Shown in pieces: positions 36,913 through 50,479 of a stretch of DNA of 64,000 nt (the first letter of the stretch is position 1; each line of letters opens with the position of its first letter). Below the pieces are notes generated by a model. It worked only from the letters and a program-made list of their open reading frames with translations, was not told the DNA's origin and searched no databases. Both the position numbers and the translations under genes were made by a program. This DNA comes from Chrysomallon squamiferum (Eukaryota; Animalia; Mollusca). The DNA lies in assembly GCA_012295275.1 (NCBI GenBank), contig CM022672.1, positions 14,074,001-14,138,000 on the forward strand, given 5' to 3'.

Positions 36913-38415
36913 TGTCTTTAAATACTGATTAATAGGGAAAGTATTTATTATTTATTTATTTATTTTCTTGGACTATTTTTCTTTTTATTTTTTCTCTATC
37001 CATTGCACAGTCAATTTAATATTCCATTTCCCTGGTTCATTTCTCAAAGTCTCTCCTCCATGCAGATTTTTAAACTTTTCATGTATTCCTTGTTTATTTT
37101 TTTTGAGTAAAAATTCTTTCTGTGTTTAATTCATTCTATAAAATTAAAACAAATAATAAATAATAATTTTCATTCTTCTTCAATTATATATGTAAAATGA
37201 AATAATTACTTACTATTACGATCAAGGAAATTCAGCAGTATAGGTCTTTCATCTTCAGAGATATAACCATCTTGGTTCATATCTAATATCTCGAAATACT
37301 CTGCTGTGTTTTGGCCTACGCATAGGTCTAATTCTGCCTTTATTATCTTGTTGTCGTCTACAATTATCAGTACATACAATAATACGCCTGTACATACAAT
37401 TATGAGGATGTACGAACCCGCCCACCCCCCCCCCCCACTCCGCCACACACACACACACATAGAAAAACAGTCCATGGTCTTTCATAAAATAGTGACGTTA
37501 AATTAGGATAATACGTATCATGTTATACTTTCTCCATCTAAAACAAATGAACCTTTGTTTTAAAATATCCAAATACATTTTATATTAAAGTTATACTAAC
37601 CTTCCCAGACTATAGATATAATTTTAATGCAAAGTCGTATCCATCTATACACAGGATATATAATAGCTTTATACACGAACATTTAGCCATTAAGACAAAG
37701 TTTTAATATTTAGAAACTGTAGCAAAAAAAAAAAAAATATTTATCCAAGCGATCAGAATGAAAGTAAGCAGATATCTGGCTCAGCTTACCAGAAAAATCA
37801 CAAATCTTGATAAGTTCCCAACCTTCTTCAGTGTTTAATATATTATCACCATTGCGGTCGTACAGATTAGCAGTTGTATATGAATCTAATATTTTGAAAC
37901 CGTATGTTACGGCCGCCCTGAAACAAGGAAATCGCAACATCAAGGTAATTGATACAATACACCTGCCCGACAATAGACCATCAGAGACAATATACCGTCC
38001 TCGTAACTGCAACGACAACCGTCAGCATGCATGAGACTGCACCACCAGAGACAATATACCGTCATCGCACGACATCAACTGAAGGAAAATGACGTGAAAC
38101 CGGCGCGATGCTTAAGTCAGTGTTCGTGCATTTTAGTGAAATACAGGTTGCTAGATTAAGAATTACTTTGACCAATAAAAAGTAAATATCTACCACAACA
38201 AAGTGGGTTAACTAAAAAGTATTGCAGATCTGCTACGTCAGAAAGTTTCAGTTTCTATATTAATGATTTGAATACGAATAAATGGAAGCGTGATTTGGTG
38301 GGAAAATGACTGATTGTTTTTATTTCTTATTTTAATAATTTACAAAACAATTAATAGAAAAGAAAACTTACGTAGCAACAACCACTGACAGTGTGAACAA
38401 CAATGGAAACTTCAT
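35150..38415 (-). CDS. Secreted four-EF-loop protein, array copy B (last exon broken by a rearrangement)
   Basis: Exons 38372-38415, 37790-37917, 37214-37357 and 36759-36806 give MKFPLLFTLSVVVATAAVTYGFKILDSYTTANLYDRNGDNILNTEEGWELIKICDFSDDNKIIKAELDLCVGQNTAEYFEILDMNQDGYISEDERPILLNFLDRNKDDLTSVSEIAYFLYR. The last-exon acceptor is intact (exon starts 35164) but homology ends after about 10 nt. Non-coding exon 1 ends at 39054. Confidence 0.8.
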
Positions 38416-38595
38416 GGTTTATCTGAAACAACAACAACAACGACGACGACAACAATAATAGTAATAACAATAATAATACACATAAAATAAGAATACGAAT
38501 AATAACAGAAACACCATTACCATCACTACCCTCACCAAGACCATGACCAACATCATCACCCACAACAACAACAACAACAACACAAATAATAATAC

Positions 38596-38654
<59 letters not shown>

Positions 38655-40289
38655 TGTAAATAAACATATGATGTCCTGATGCTTTGTATTTAAAAATCTG
38701 ATTGTAAATTAAATAAAAATCGCCTAGCAGTTATTATCAAGTATTGTTTAATTTTAATTCTGTTGAGATCATTTAATGTTGTTTATTAATTTTGTGATGG
38801 TTCTTATAGAATAACCGAGGACAAATACAACGGAAAGCCCATTTCAAAATATATCAAAGTGTAGACACCTTAACTGAAAATAATCCATTGTCTACATATA
38901 TATTTTAACATCATGGTATTTAGAATATATAATCTTTCAAGGAGGATTTTTGTGAGCTAAATTGTTACTTCGAATATAAATGCGATAGAAAATGTACCAA
39001 TTTATGTTTCAGCTGATAAAAATACAGAATAGTTAGAACGGAAAAATACTCACCTGTATAAACTATACAATACGTTGGTCGATAACAAATGGCGAGCTAC
39101 TGCAATAAAATTCCTTATATGCATTATCAATTATATAATCATGCATATTCAGTCACTCAGTATTCAAACTTTTATATAAATATTTCATTTCATTTGATGC
39201 CTTGTATATTTCTCTGTTCTATACATTATGTATTTTTATTTCGCATCCATAATTAATAATCAGATCTTGACAGACATGTAATAATAGAATACTAGTTTTG
39301 TCGTAACAGTAACACCAGTGTGAGCCTAGTAGCAGCAGGTTGTGATTCTGAAGAATGTAGCTAGGGAGCAAGGCAGGAGTCGATCCAAGACTGTCATAGA
39401 CAACATAAGATTTGAATAAACCATGGCCGTAACTATATTGAGGCAAATGAGGCAAATGTCTCATACCGATATTGACCATTTTTTCTTTTTTATACAACGA
39501 TATTATCTTATAATTTTAATTATTTTCAGCTAAATAGTCTACACTTTTATATATTCCGACAGAAACGATATCCACTGAATTAATTCGTTTATCTGTGCGG
39601 TTACCGTTTGAAGCCTACCAAAGAAAGACATAACTTATTTGAAAGACATCAAACACAGGTTTATCCAACATTTGATGATTTAAGGCATACATCATCCTTT
39701 TCACACTAATTTTGCCCCACTCCGCTCGGCGATTAAGTGTTTTTACCTCATTTAAAAAGAGTCTAGTTACGGCAATGCAAACGACAGCTTGGAATTATTA
39801 AACAGTGCGGACTGTCTCGTTACGTAAAACAGTTACATTAAAATATAGCATTATAAAGTAATTTTACTCTGAAAAACTTAGACAATTCTAGAATAACAGC
39901 CATAGTGTGCTCCTATCTGCATATTGTAACGTATTTATAGTTTGATTGTACCCATTTACAGTGTGGTATTCGATATTGTTTACACATGTTATTGTGCGTA
40001 TTTAGTCCATATTCTAAGGATGGTAATAATACAATCAAAATTCATATACAAAAACCCACACGTTCATCTATCCACTTAAAACAGAATCTAAAATCCGTAC
40101 AGAATAAATCCTATATTAAATAATTTGTATTAAATGGCGATAAAACTTATATAACCAAATTTCTTTATCATTTGTATTTTATAAATGTTATTCATGTTGT
40201 GCCTCCTATATGAATCGCTATTGTTTTAAATGAATTTAGATTATATAAGCAGTATAATATAAAGAATTAATATCGAAGACAAAACTTAG

Positions 40290-40640
40290 AAATCAAGAAA
40301 TCGTCGTACCGAGGATCATTTGATCAGGAGCCAACACCAATTCAACAGTGTGCTGAATGCCAGCCATCTCAACAGTCACAGTATTGACAATATGGACAGG
40401 GCTGTGGATTTCACGGTCACTATTCTGGTTTCATTTCACCGACTGTGCATAATGAAGGTGCCAGGGTCAAATTAGATACATTAGATACATTATCTTTTCG
40501 TCCACACATTATGATGTGCGATAAATTGGAAAAACTGGACATGATCGACAAACTATACAAGACATAAGAGGTAAAATGATGGATATTAAGATAAAAGTAC
40601 GCGATATGGAAACAGGTATCAATTACATTAACCAACATTT
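40290..40640 (+). mobile_element. Short fragment related to the 5' part of the 50.5-kb LINE, at the junction between copies B and C
   Basis: atgatgtgcgataaattggaaaaactggacatgatcgacaaac (about 40511) aligns with atgatgtgcaataatttggaaaaactagacataatcgagaaac (about 50498). The segment is absent from the otherwise near-identical upstream region of copy D. Confidence 0.55.
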
Positions 40641-41153
40641 CAGAAACAACGTTTCTACTGTTAAATTTTTATATATGTATTTATTCAGAACAGTCGTATT
40701 TCGGTATTCAGTTTTTTAATTACCAATCCGATTCGTCACTGAAAAAAAAAAAAAAACGTGTTCAATATTATACATATATGTATTATTTTAAATATAAATT
40801 GTGGTATTGAGTGTGTGTCTGTGTGTGCGTGTCTCTGTGTCGTATGTGTATGTGTGTCTTTGTGTGTGTTACTGCGTATATCTATATGTATTTTTGATGT
40901 ATATGTATGTATACATCTGTCTAACAGTATATACGAAAAAGGAATCAAAATGCGCTGCTTCACCGACATTCACTATACCATCTTCTGCAAGATAAAAGAA
41001 ACTATATATTTCTTTATTTGTTTATTATTATTTGCATCTGCAGGTGTGTGTCTGCGTGTCTGTATGTATGTGTGTGCACCAACTTTAAATACTGATTAAA
41101 TGGGAAACATTTATTAATATTTATTTATTATCTTGGACCATCTTTCTTTTCCT

Positions 41154-41188
<35 letters not shown>

Positions 41189-43040
41189 GCACAGTCAACT
41201 TAAAATTCCATTTCGCTGGATAATTTCTCAAAGTTTCACATCCATACAGATTTCTAAAGTTTTAGTGAATGCCTTGCTTATTTTCCGGAGTAAAAATTTC
41301 TTTCTACATTTCATTCATTCTTTAAAATGAAAATAAATTCCAAATAATAGTTTTCTTCTTCCTCATTTTTTTGTTTGCGTGTGTGAGTGTGTTGTATATG
41401 TATGTGTATGTATGTCTCTGTATGTGTGTGTGTGTGGTAACTGAACGGAATGGTAAATTCAATTAACAGTGGAGACAAACAGTATTGAGAAGACTTGTAC
41501 ATAGCGGCATGATTTTAACTCATTACTTACTGTTATCATTAAGGAAAACCAACTGAATTGCCCTTTCATATTCAGAAATCATAGTTCCAATCTGAATTGC
41601 CCTTTTACTGTGTCGTATCCTAAGCATAGGTCTAAAAACTCTTTCTTCATTATCTTGTCAACATCTACAATTATGAATACATACATTAATATGCCTAGAT
41701 ATACACTTACATGCCCTACCACAGACACACAAATAGAGACACAATTCATAGAATAGTGACGTTAAATTAGGATAATATATATATCATGATATACTGTCTC
41801 CATCTAAAATAAATGAACTTTTGTCTAAGAATATGCGAAGACATTTTATATTAAAGTTATACTAACCGTCCCAGTCTAGCCATCTGCACACTGTATATAT
41901 AATGGCTTTATCCATCAACGCTTAGCTTTAAGACAAAGGCTTAATATTTAGAAAACTGTAGCAAACAAAATTAATCCAAGCTATCAGAATGAAAGTAAGA
42001 AGATATCTGGCTCAGCTTACCAGAAAAATCACAAATCCACAAAAGTTCCCAACCTTCTTCAGTGTTTAATATATTATCACCATTGCGGTCGTACAGATTA
42101 GCAGTTGTATTGGTAACCGATACAACACGACGTCAGCGTAATTGATACATACGTCTGCACAACACTACACCATCAACGACAATGTACCGTCATCGTAACT
42201 GCAGACAACCCTCAGGCGTCAGCATGCCTCGCACGAGATTAAGTGATACATTTGTCAGTGTTAGCCCTAGACAAGCGGGTTGGAACCTGCGGTGGTCGAA
42301 AGAATGTCACCTCATCACATTTAACGTCTCATTTGAAATATAAAGAGGCTGATTTGAATGCTAAGAAATCAAAGCGTCATTGTATGGCAAAAGTGACTGA
42401 TTATTTCTTATTTTAATAATTTACGAACCAATTAATGAAAAAGAAAACTTACGTGGCAGTAATCTTCATGGTTTAACAACAATGGAATCTTCAACATCTG
42501 AAAACAACAATAATAGTAATAAAAATAATAAAAAAAAAAAAAATAATAACAATAATAAAACCACCACCATCACCACCACTACTACCACCAAGACCACCCA
42601 CCCACCAGTAACAACAACAACAATAATAATAGTAAAATGTAAACAAATATATGAAGCCCTTATACTTTGTATTTTTATATCTTCTTAATATTGTTCAGGT
42701 CTTTTATTAAGATGTTGTTTATTTTAATTTTGTTCAGGTCTTCTGATGTTGTTTAGTAAACGGAATGATGCAAATTTAAAAAAGATATTGAATTTTAAAA
42801 AATATATACAATTTATATTTTAACATCTTGGTACTTAGAATATATTATCTTCCAAGGAGAATTTTTGTGACCTAAACTGTTACTTCGAATATAAGTGCGG
42901 CGGAAAATGTATTAACTTTAGTTTCTGCTGATAAGAATAAAGAATAGCAAGAACGAAAAAATACGTACCTGTATAACTATACAATACGTTGTTCGATAAG
43001 AAATGGCGAAGAACTGCTATGAGTGTTCTTATATGCATTG
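40640..43040 (-). pseudogene. EF-hand array copy C, pseudogene
   Basis: Remnants of exons 1-5 lie in order. The signal-peptide exon (about 42453-42497) is scrambled and frameshifted. Exon 3 (from 42021) has lost its 5' part and acceptor. Exon 4 (about 41531-41664) has indels. Exon 5 (about 40945-40984) has lost its donor. No last exon was found. Confidence 0.85.
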
Positions 43041-44899
43041 TCTATTATATAATCATGCATATTTAGTCATTCAATATTCAAAGTTCTATTTTAATATTTC
43101 TTTTCATTTAATGCAATGTAGATTTATCTGTTCTATACATTATGTATTTTTTCCGATGTAATTAATAACAGATCTTGACAGACATGTAATAATAAAATAC
43201 TAGTTTTGTCGTAACAGTAACACCAGTATGAGCCTAGTAGCAGCAGGTTGTGATTCTGAAGAATGTAGCTAGGGAGCAAGGCAGGAGTCGATCTAAGACT
43301 GTCTAAGACAACATAAGATAAGAACCAACGACAGCTTGGAATTATTCAACAGTGCTGTCTCTTTACATGAAATAGGTACACCAAAATATTGCATTATAAA
43401 ATAATTTTCTACTGAAAAACTTAGACACATTATCTAGTATAACAGCTGCATATTTCTTGCGCCAGAACATGTACGTAATAATGTACTGCCGTAATGGTGT
43501 GCGCCTATCTGCATATTGTAAAAGTTTGATTATGTAGTTTTACCGTTTGGTATTCGATATTGTTGACACATGTTATTGTGCATATTTGGTCCATATACTA
43601 GGGAATAATAAAACAATCAAAATTCATCTACAACTAAATCTTATTCATCAGTCATGTCTCTTACAAGACTCTCTATAGTTTTAAATGAATATTAAGTAAG
43701 CAGTGTAATACAAAAACATGAGATCGAAGTCAAAATATATCAGTATAATCAAATAAAAGTAGTTAAAACGATACATAAACATCGAAGTAGATATTTCTTG
43801 TCTCTTAGAAGAATCTATGGTTATAAATGAATATTAAGGAAGCAAAAATTTATGAGTATAATCAAATAAAAATAGTTAAACGGCACATAACCATGGAGGT
43901 GGATATTTCATTGTTTAATTGTTGCTATTTCCTTGAGTCAAAATAGTTTAAGAAGCTTCTGGCATGCGCATGCCTGGAAATGAAAGTCGTGTTTCTCATT
44001 TCTCTGCAAAATTTATAATTTTCTTTCGTATTTAATATTATTTTATCTGTTTTATCACTTCAAATTATTGCTAAACATACATGAGTATGCAGAAAGACAA
44101 TTGAAAAGGTAAAAAGAAAATATAAGAATAAAAATGTAAATGGAGAAAGTGAACAGAAAATCTGGGGCGGATGGAACTTTTCTTATGATGGGGGAGGTCC
44201 ATGACAAAAAGGCACCCTAACATTAGGAAAAGTCACTATTGAAAAAATCAAACACGGTTCACATGGACCATAATACAACAGTGCTACAATAAATTACTGC
44301 AAAACCTAAAAATCCTAAATAAAAGGGGCACTTCTCAAATTCTCTGATAGATAAAAGAAAAGTAAGTGCTGTTTCCACAACAGCAGCTGCACATGTTTTA
44401 AGGGCATAAAGCTATTAAGAAAAAGTCCACTGGGAATGTTAAACCTGAAGTCCGAATAAAGAGAACGCGTCCTTTGGATGTCGGAGATGAGATTTACGCT
44501 TACACGTATTGCAAGAATCTTCGGCTGTTCCTGTGCATTTTTAGAACGTTACAAATGGACACGGCAGACCGGCCAAGAGAGGGCAGAGCAGGTGTGTCCA
44601 GGTCAAATCATGATGACCGGTACCTTACGTAGATTGTTAGTCAAAAAGTTAAAATTAGATATGAAATAGGTTGAACTCGTACAGTCTGCTGGGGAAGCAT
44701 TTGGCGATTGCAGATTGCCGGGATCTTGTGTTTCAACCAAAACGAGATTCCCTTCGAGAACTGGGCAGTGCAGGAAATGGGTAACGTCATCTATAAAACT
44801 TAGTTTTGTTTTGTTTGTTCAAATCAAGATCATTTTGAAACAAGCATACGACAACTAGTGTTCTACAACTTACTTTCTCTACACTCGATTTGCCTAAAA

Positions 44900-45500
44900 T
44901 CATTCATGAAAAAGTGGCAGCCTCTGTTGAATTTTGAACACTACAGATAAGAAACATCATGACTAAATAATACGACACATTATTTTTCATATACAAAAGG
45001 GATTACCATTAAATAATCAAAACGATTAAGCGATTATAATAACCAGACAAATAATAAAGTAAATATTTCGTTCAAATTTCAATGTCATATTAATGAAAAT
45101 TCTGTTGTTGTTGTTGTGTTGTTTTTTTTTTTTTTTTTTTTTTTTGTATTAGTATTATCATGAACTCCTATATATACTCTTACCAGTCGGTGATACACGA
45201 ACCGTCCCATTCTAAAATATTATTTTAGTTTGTTAATTGGTGTAAAATTAAGTTAAGGTGAGCTTTTGCAACACAGCTTAGCAATATGATTCTTTAATAT
45301 TACTGGTTTAAATCAATAGTTCAAAGCTGTTTCCGCACTGCTGCATTAAACAACAAAATCACCATCGATCCTCTTTGTTGTCACATAGTCTGTTAGATTG
45401 GTTACATGACACACGAACGTGATTCGTTTATTTGTTAATCATCATCATCATTATCATCATCATCATCATCATCATTATGATTATTATGATTATGGTTATG

Positions 45501-45563
<63 letters not shown>

Positions 45564-47969
45564 AAACTCCCTTTCTCCATGTTTTTATCCTAACATTAAA
45601 CATATTGTTTATTGTTCCCAACAGTACCTTCTACAGTTTTCGAAAATTTCTTAATAAAATCAAAATCATATTACTATAAATATAAAACACTTTTTCATTT
45701 TATCTATCATAATAATAAATATAATAAAACTGATAATTCTACAGGGCAGTTTCCATTACTGAAGTTTAAATGCGCTTAACAGAATTTCTGAATTGACACA
45801 ATAACAATCTAAAATCTAAAACACAGAATAATAACACTAAATGAATAATTTTGACTGCTTGTATGTATTTTTTTAAAAGTGAGTTTTGAGTCTTGAATTA
45901 AATCTGCTGGCAGTTTTCAATTCTTTAATTGCTGATGGTAAAGTGTTCCAGATTATCTATCGATCAAGATTATTAAATGGAATAGCAACGGAGAAATAAT
46001 ATACTAGTATTTGTTAAGTGTTACTGCATTAAAAAAAAAATTTCTGTTGTCAAATGTGTATATAAATGTATTTATTCGTCTTTCGGCAAGCTTTTTAAAC
46101 TGTGAATCCGTTTCTTCACTGAAATAAAAAATGTGACCGATATTATAAACATATATGTATTGTTTTATAGAAAATGTGTATGTGTATATAGAGAAATTGT
46201 GGCTAGCTATATGCATATTTCTCTTTTATGTATGTATCTGTCTAACAGTATATATGAAAAAATACTTACAGCTATTCAAAAAATACACTACTTCAGCGAC
46301 AGTTACTAGACCATCTTCTGCAAGATAAAAGAACTTATTTATTTATTTATTTATTGTATTATTTGCGTGTGTGCTTGAGTCCGTCTATGTGCGTGTGTGT
46401 TTGTACATTTCGCTGGTTCATTTCTCAAAATTTTACCTCCATATAGATTTCTAAAGTTTTCATGAATGCCTTGCTTATTTTTCAAGTAAAACTGTCTTTC
46501 TATATTGCATTTATACTATAAAATGACAATAAATAACAAATAATAGTTTTCATTTTTCTTCATATTATGTTGAGTGTGTCATTGTTAGTGTATGCGTGTA
46601 TATGTGTGTGTCTGTTTGTGTATGTCTGCTAACTGAAGGGCGTACCAAATTTAGCTAACTGTGGAGACACACTTTTTTTGGAAGACTTGTAGATAGCGAT
46701 ATGGTTTTAACTACAACCGCAAACAGAGGTCTGCAAAATGTTAATACGAGTTAAAAAGGAGTCTTTGCGATGCATTTATATATGTAAAATCAAATAATTA
46801 CTTACTGTTACGATCAAGGAAAAGCAGCTGAGTAGGCCTTTCATTTTCAGAAATATATGCATCATGGTTCGTATCTAATACTTTGAAATAAACTGCTGAG
46901 TCTTGTGCTATGCATAGGTCTAACTCTTTCTTTATTATCTTGTTGTCTTCTACAATTGTCATACAATAATAAGCCTGTACATACACTTATATGCACGCAA
47001 GCACCCCCCCCCGGCACACACACAAGAACACAGAAACTCAGTTCAAGGCCTTTTACAAAGTGATGACGTTAAATTAGGATAATATATATCATGTTATACT
47101 TTCTCCATCTAGAATAAATGAACCTTTGTTTAAAAAGATCCAAGTCTAGATATAGTTTTAATGTAAAGTCATATGAATCTATACATAGAATATATTATAG
47201 CTTTATACACCAACATTTAGCCATTAAGACAAAATTTTAATATTTAGAAAACTGTAGCAAAAAAAATTATTTATCCAAGCGATCAGACTGAAAGTAAGCA
47301 GATATCTGGCTCAGCTTACCAGAAAAATCACAAATCCACAAAAGTTCCCAACCTTCTTCAGTGTTTAATATATTATCACCATTGCGGTCGTACAGATTAG
47401 CAGTTGTATATGGATCAAATATTTTGAAACCGTATGTTACGGCCGCCCTGAAACAAGGAGATCGCAACATCAAGGTAGCTGAGACAACACGACGTCAGCG
47501 TAATTGACACAATACGTCTGCCCGACAATTCACCATCAGAGACAATATACCGTCCTCGTAACTGCAACGACAACCGTCAGCATGCATGAGACTGCACCAC
47601 CAGAGACAATATACCGTCATCGCACGACATCAACTGAAGGAAAATGACGTGAAACCGGCGCGATGCTTAAGTCAGTGTTCGTGCATTTTAGTGAAATACA
47701 GGTTGCTAGATTAACAATTATTTTGACCAGTAAAAAGAAATATCTACCACAACAAAGTGGGTTAACTGAAAAGTACTGCAGATCTGCTACGTCAGAAAGT
47801 TTCAGTTTCTATATTAATGATTTGAATACGAATAAATGGAAGAGTGATTTGGTTGCAAAAATGACTGATTATTGTTATTTCTTATTTTAACAATTTACAA
47901 AACAATTAAACAAAAGAAAACTTACGTAGCAACAACCACTGACAGTGTGAACAACAGTGGAAACTTCAT
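44900..47969 (-). CDS. Secreted four-EF-loop protein, array copy D (apparently intact, 134 aa)
   Basis: Exons 47926-47969, 47320-47447, 46806-46949, 46270-46317 and 44900-44940 (405 nt) give MKFPLLFTLSVVVATAAVTYGFKIFDPYTTANLYDRNGDNILNTEEGWELLWICDFSEDNKIIKKELDLCIAQDSAVYFKVLDTNHDAYISENERPTQLLFLDRNKDGLVTVAEVVYFLNSLFKIQQRLPLFHE*. All introns are GT-AG. Non-coding exon 1 ends at 48580. The last exon is inferred from frame and stop conservation among copies A, D and E. Confidence 0.85.
45865..45965 (-). mobile_element. LINE ORF2 3'-end relic in the last intron of the EF-hand genes (also about 32130-32225, 36325-36420 and 54565-54650)
   Basis: Translates as IIWNTLPSAIKELKTASRFNSRLKTHF, matching the WNxLP...FKxxLKxH C-terminal signature of CR1/L2-type ORF2. 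It lies at the same position in copies A, B, D and E. Confidence 0.65.
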
Positions 47970-48138
47970 GGTTTATCTGAAACAACAACAACGACGACGA
48001 CGACAACAATAATAGTAATAACAATAATAATACACATAAAATAAGAATACGAATAATAACAGAAACACCATTACCATCACTACCCTCACCTAGACCATGA
48101 CCAACATCATCACCCACAACAACAACAACAACAACACA

Positions 48139-48181
<43 letters not shown>

Positions 48182-50479
48182 TGTAAATAAACATATGATG
48201 TCCTGATGCTTTGTATTTAAAAATCTAATTGTAAATTAAATAAAAATCCCTAGCAATTATTATCAAGTATTGTTTAATTTTAATTCTGTTGAGATCATTT
48301 AATGTTGTTTATTAATTTTGTGATGGTGCTTATAGAATAACCGAAGACAAATACAACGGAAAGCCCATCTCAAAATATATCAAAGTGTAGACTCCTTAAC
48401 TGAAAATAATCCATTGTCTACATATATATTTTAACATCATGGTATTTAGAATATATAATCTTCCAAGGAGAATTTTTGTGAGCTAAATTGTTACTTCGAA
48501 TATAAATGGGATAGAAAATGTACCAATTTATGTTTCAGCTGATAAAAATACAGAATAGTTAGAACGGAAAAATACTCACCTGTATAAACTATACAATACG
48601 TTGGTCGATAACAAATGGCGAGGCACTGCAATAAAATTCCTTATATGCATTATCAATTAGATAATCATCATATTCAGTCACTCAGTATTCAAACTTTTAT
48701 ATAAATATTTCATTTCATTTGATGCCTTGTATATCTCTCTGTTCTATAAATTATGTATTTTTATTACGCATCCATAATTAATAACCAGATCTTGACAGAC
48801 ATGTAATAATAGAGAGAATACTAGTTTTGTCGTCGCAGTAAACCAGTATGAGCCTGGTAGCAGCAGGTTGTGATTCTGAAGAATGTAGCTAGGGAGCAAG
48901 GCATGAGTCGATCCAAAACTGTCATAGACAACATAAGATTAGAATAAACCATGGCCGTAACTATATTGAGGCAAATGAGGCAAATGCCTCATACCGAAAT
49001 TGACCATTTTTTCTTTTTTATACAACGATATTATTTTAAAATTTAAATTATTTTCAGCTAAATAGTCTACACTTTTATATATTCCGACAGAAACGATATC
49101 CACTGAATTAATTCATTTATCTCTGCGATTACCGTTTGAAGCCTACCAACGAAAGACATAACTTATTTGAAAGACATCAAACACAGGTTTATCCAACATT
49201 TGATGATTTAAGGCATACATCAACCTTTTCACACTAATTTTACCCCACTCCGCTCGGCGATTAAGTGTTTTTACCTCATTTAAAAAAGAGTCTAGTTACG
49301 GCAATGCAAACGACAGCTTGGAATTATTAAACAGTGCGGACTGTCTCGTTACGTAAAACAGTTACATTAAAATATAGCATTATAAAGTAATTTTACTCTG
49401 AAAAACTTAGACAATTCTAGAATAACAGCCATAGTGTGCTCCTATCTGCATATTGTAACGTATTTATAGTTTGATTATACCCATTTACCGTGTGGTATTC
49501 GATATTGTTTACACATGTTATTGTGCGTATTTAGTCCATATTCTAACGAATGGTAATAATACAGTCAAAATTCATATACAACAACCTACACGTTCATCTA
49601 TCCACTTAAAACAGAATCTAAAATCCGTACACTATAAATCCTATATTAAATAATTTGTATTAAATGGCGATAAAACTTATATAACCAAATTTCTTTATCA
49701 TTTGTATTTTATAAATGTTATTCATGTTGTGCCTCTTATATGAATCGCTATTGTTTTAAATGAATTAGACTATCTAAGCATTATAATATAAAGAATTAAT
49801 ATCGAAGACAAAACATATCAGTATAATCAAATAAAAGTAGTTAAAACGATACATAAACATCGAAGTAGATATTTCTTGTCTCTTAGAAGAATCTATGGTT
49901 ATAAATGAATATTAAGGAAGCAGTGTAATATAAAAATATCGAAGATAAAATATACGAGTATAATCAAATAAAAGTAGTTAAACGGCACATAACCATGGAG
50001 GTGGATATTTCATTGTTATCTGTTTAATTGTTGATGTTTCCTTGAGTCAAAATAGTTTAAGAAGCTTCTGGCATGAGCATGCCTGGAAATGAAAGTCGTG
50101 TTTCCCAATTCTCTGCGAAATATATAATTTTCTTTCCCATTTAATATTATTTTATCTGTTTTATGAGTAAAAATTATTGCTAAACATGCATGAGTATGCA
50201 TCATGATATTTGAAAAGGTAAAAAGAGAAAATATAAGAATAAAATTGTAAGTGGAGAAAGTGAACAGAAAATCTGGGGCGGATGGAACCTGTCTTATGAT
50301 GGGGGAAGTCCATGACAAAAAGGCACCCTAACATTAGGAAAAGTCACTATTGAAAAATCAAACACGGTTCACATGGACGATAATACAACAGTGCTACAAT
50401 AAATTACTGAAAAACCTAAATATCCTAAATAAAAGGGGCACTTCTCAAATTTTTGTTAGGGGACCGGACCAGAGGTCTT

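Noticed and set aside
44160-44345. GC-richer block (ggggcggatgg...aaaaggggcac), also at 50270-50470, as a MITE or SINE
   Set aside because: I could not define terminal inverted repeats, target-site duplications or Pol III boxes, and the two copies are explained by the local duplication.
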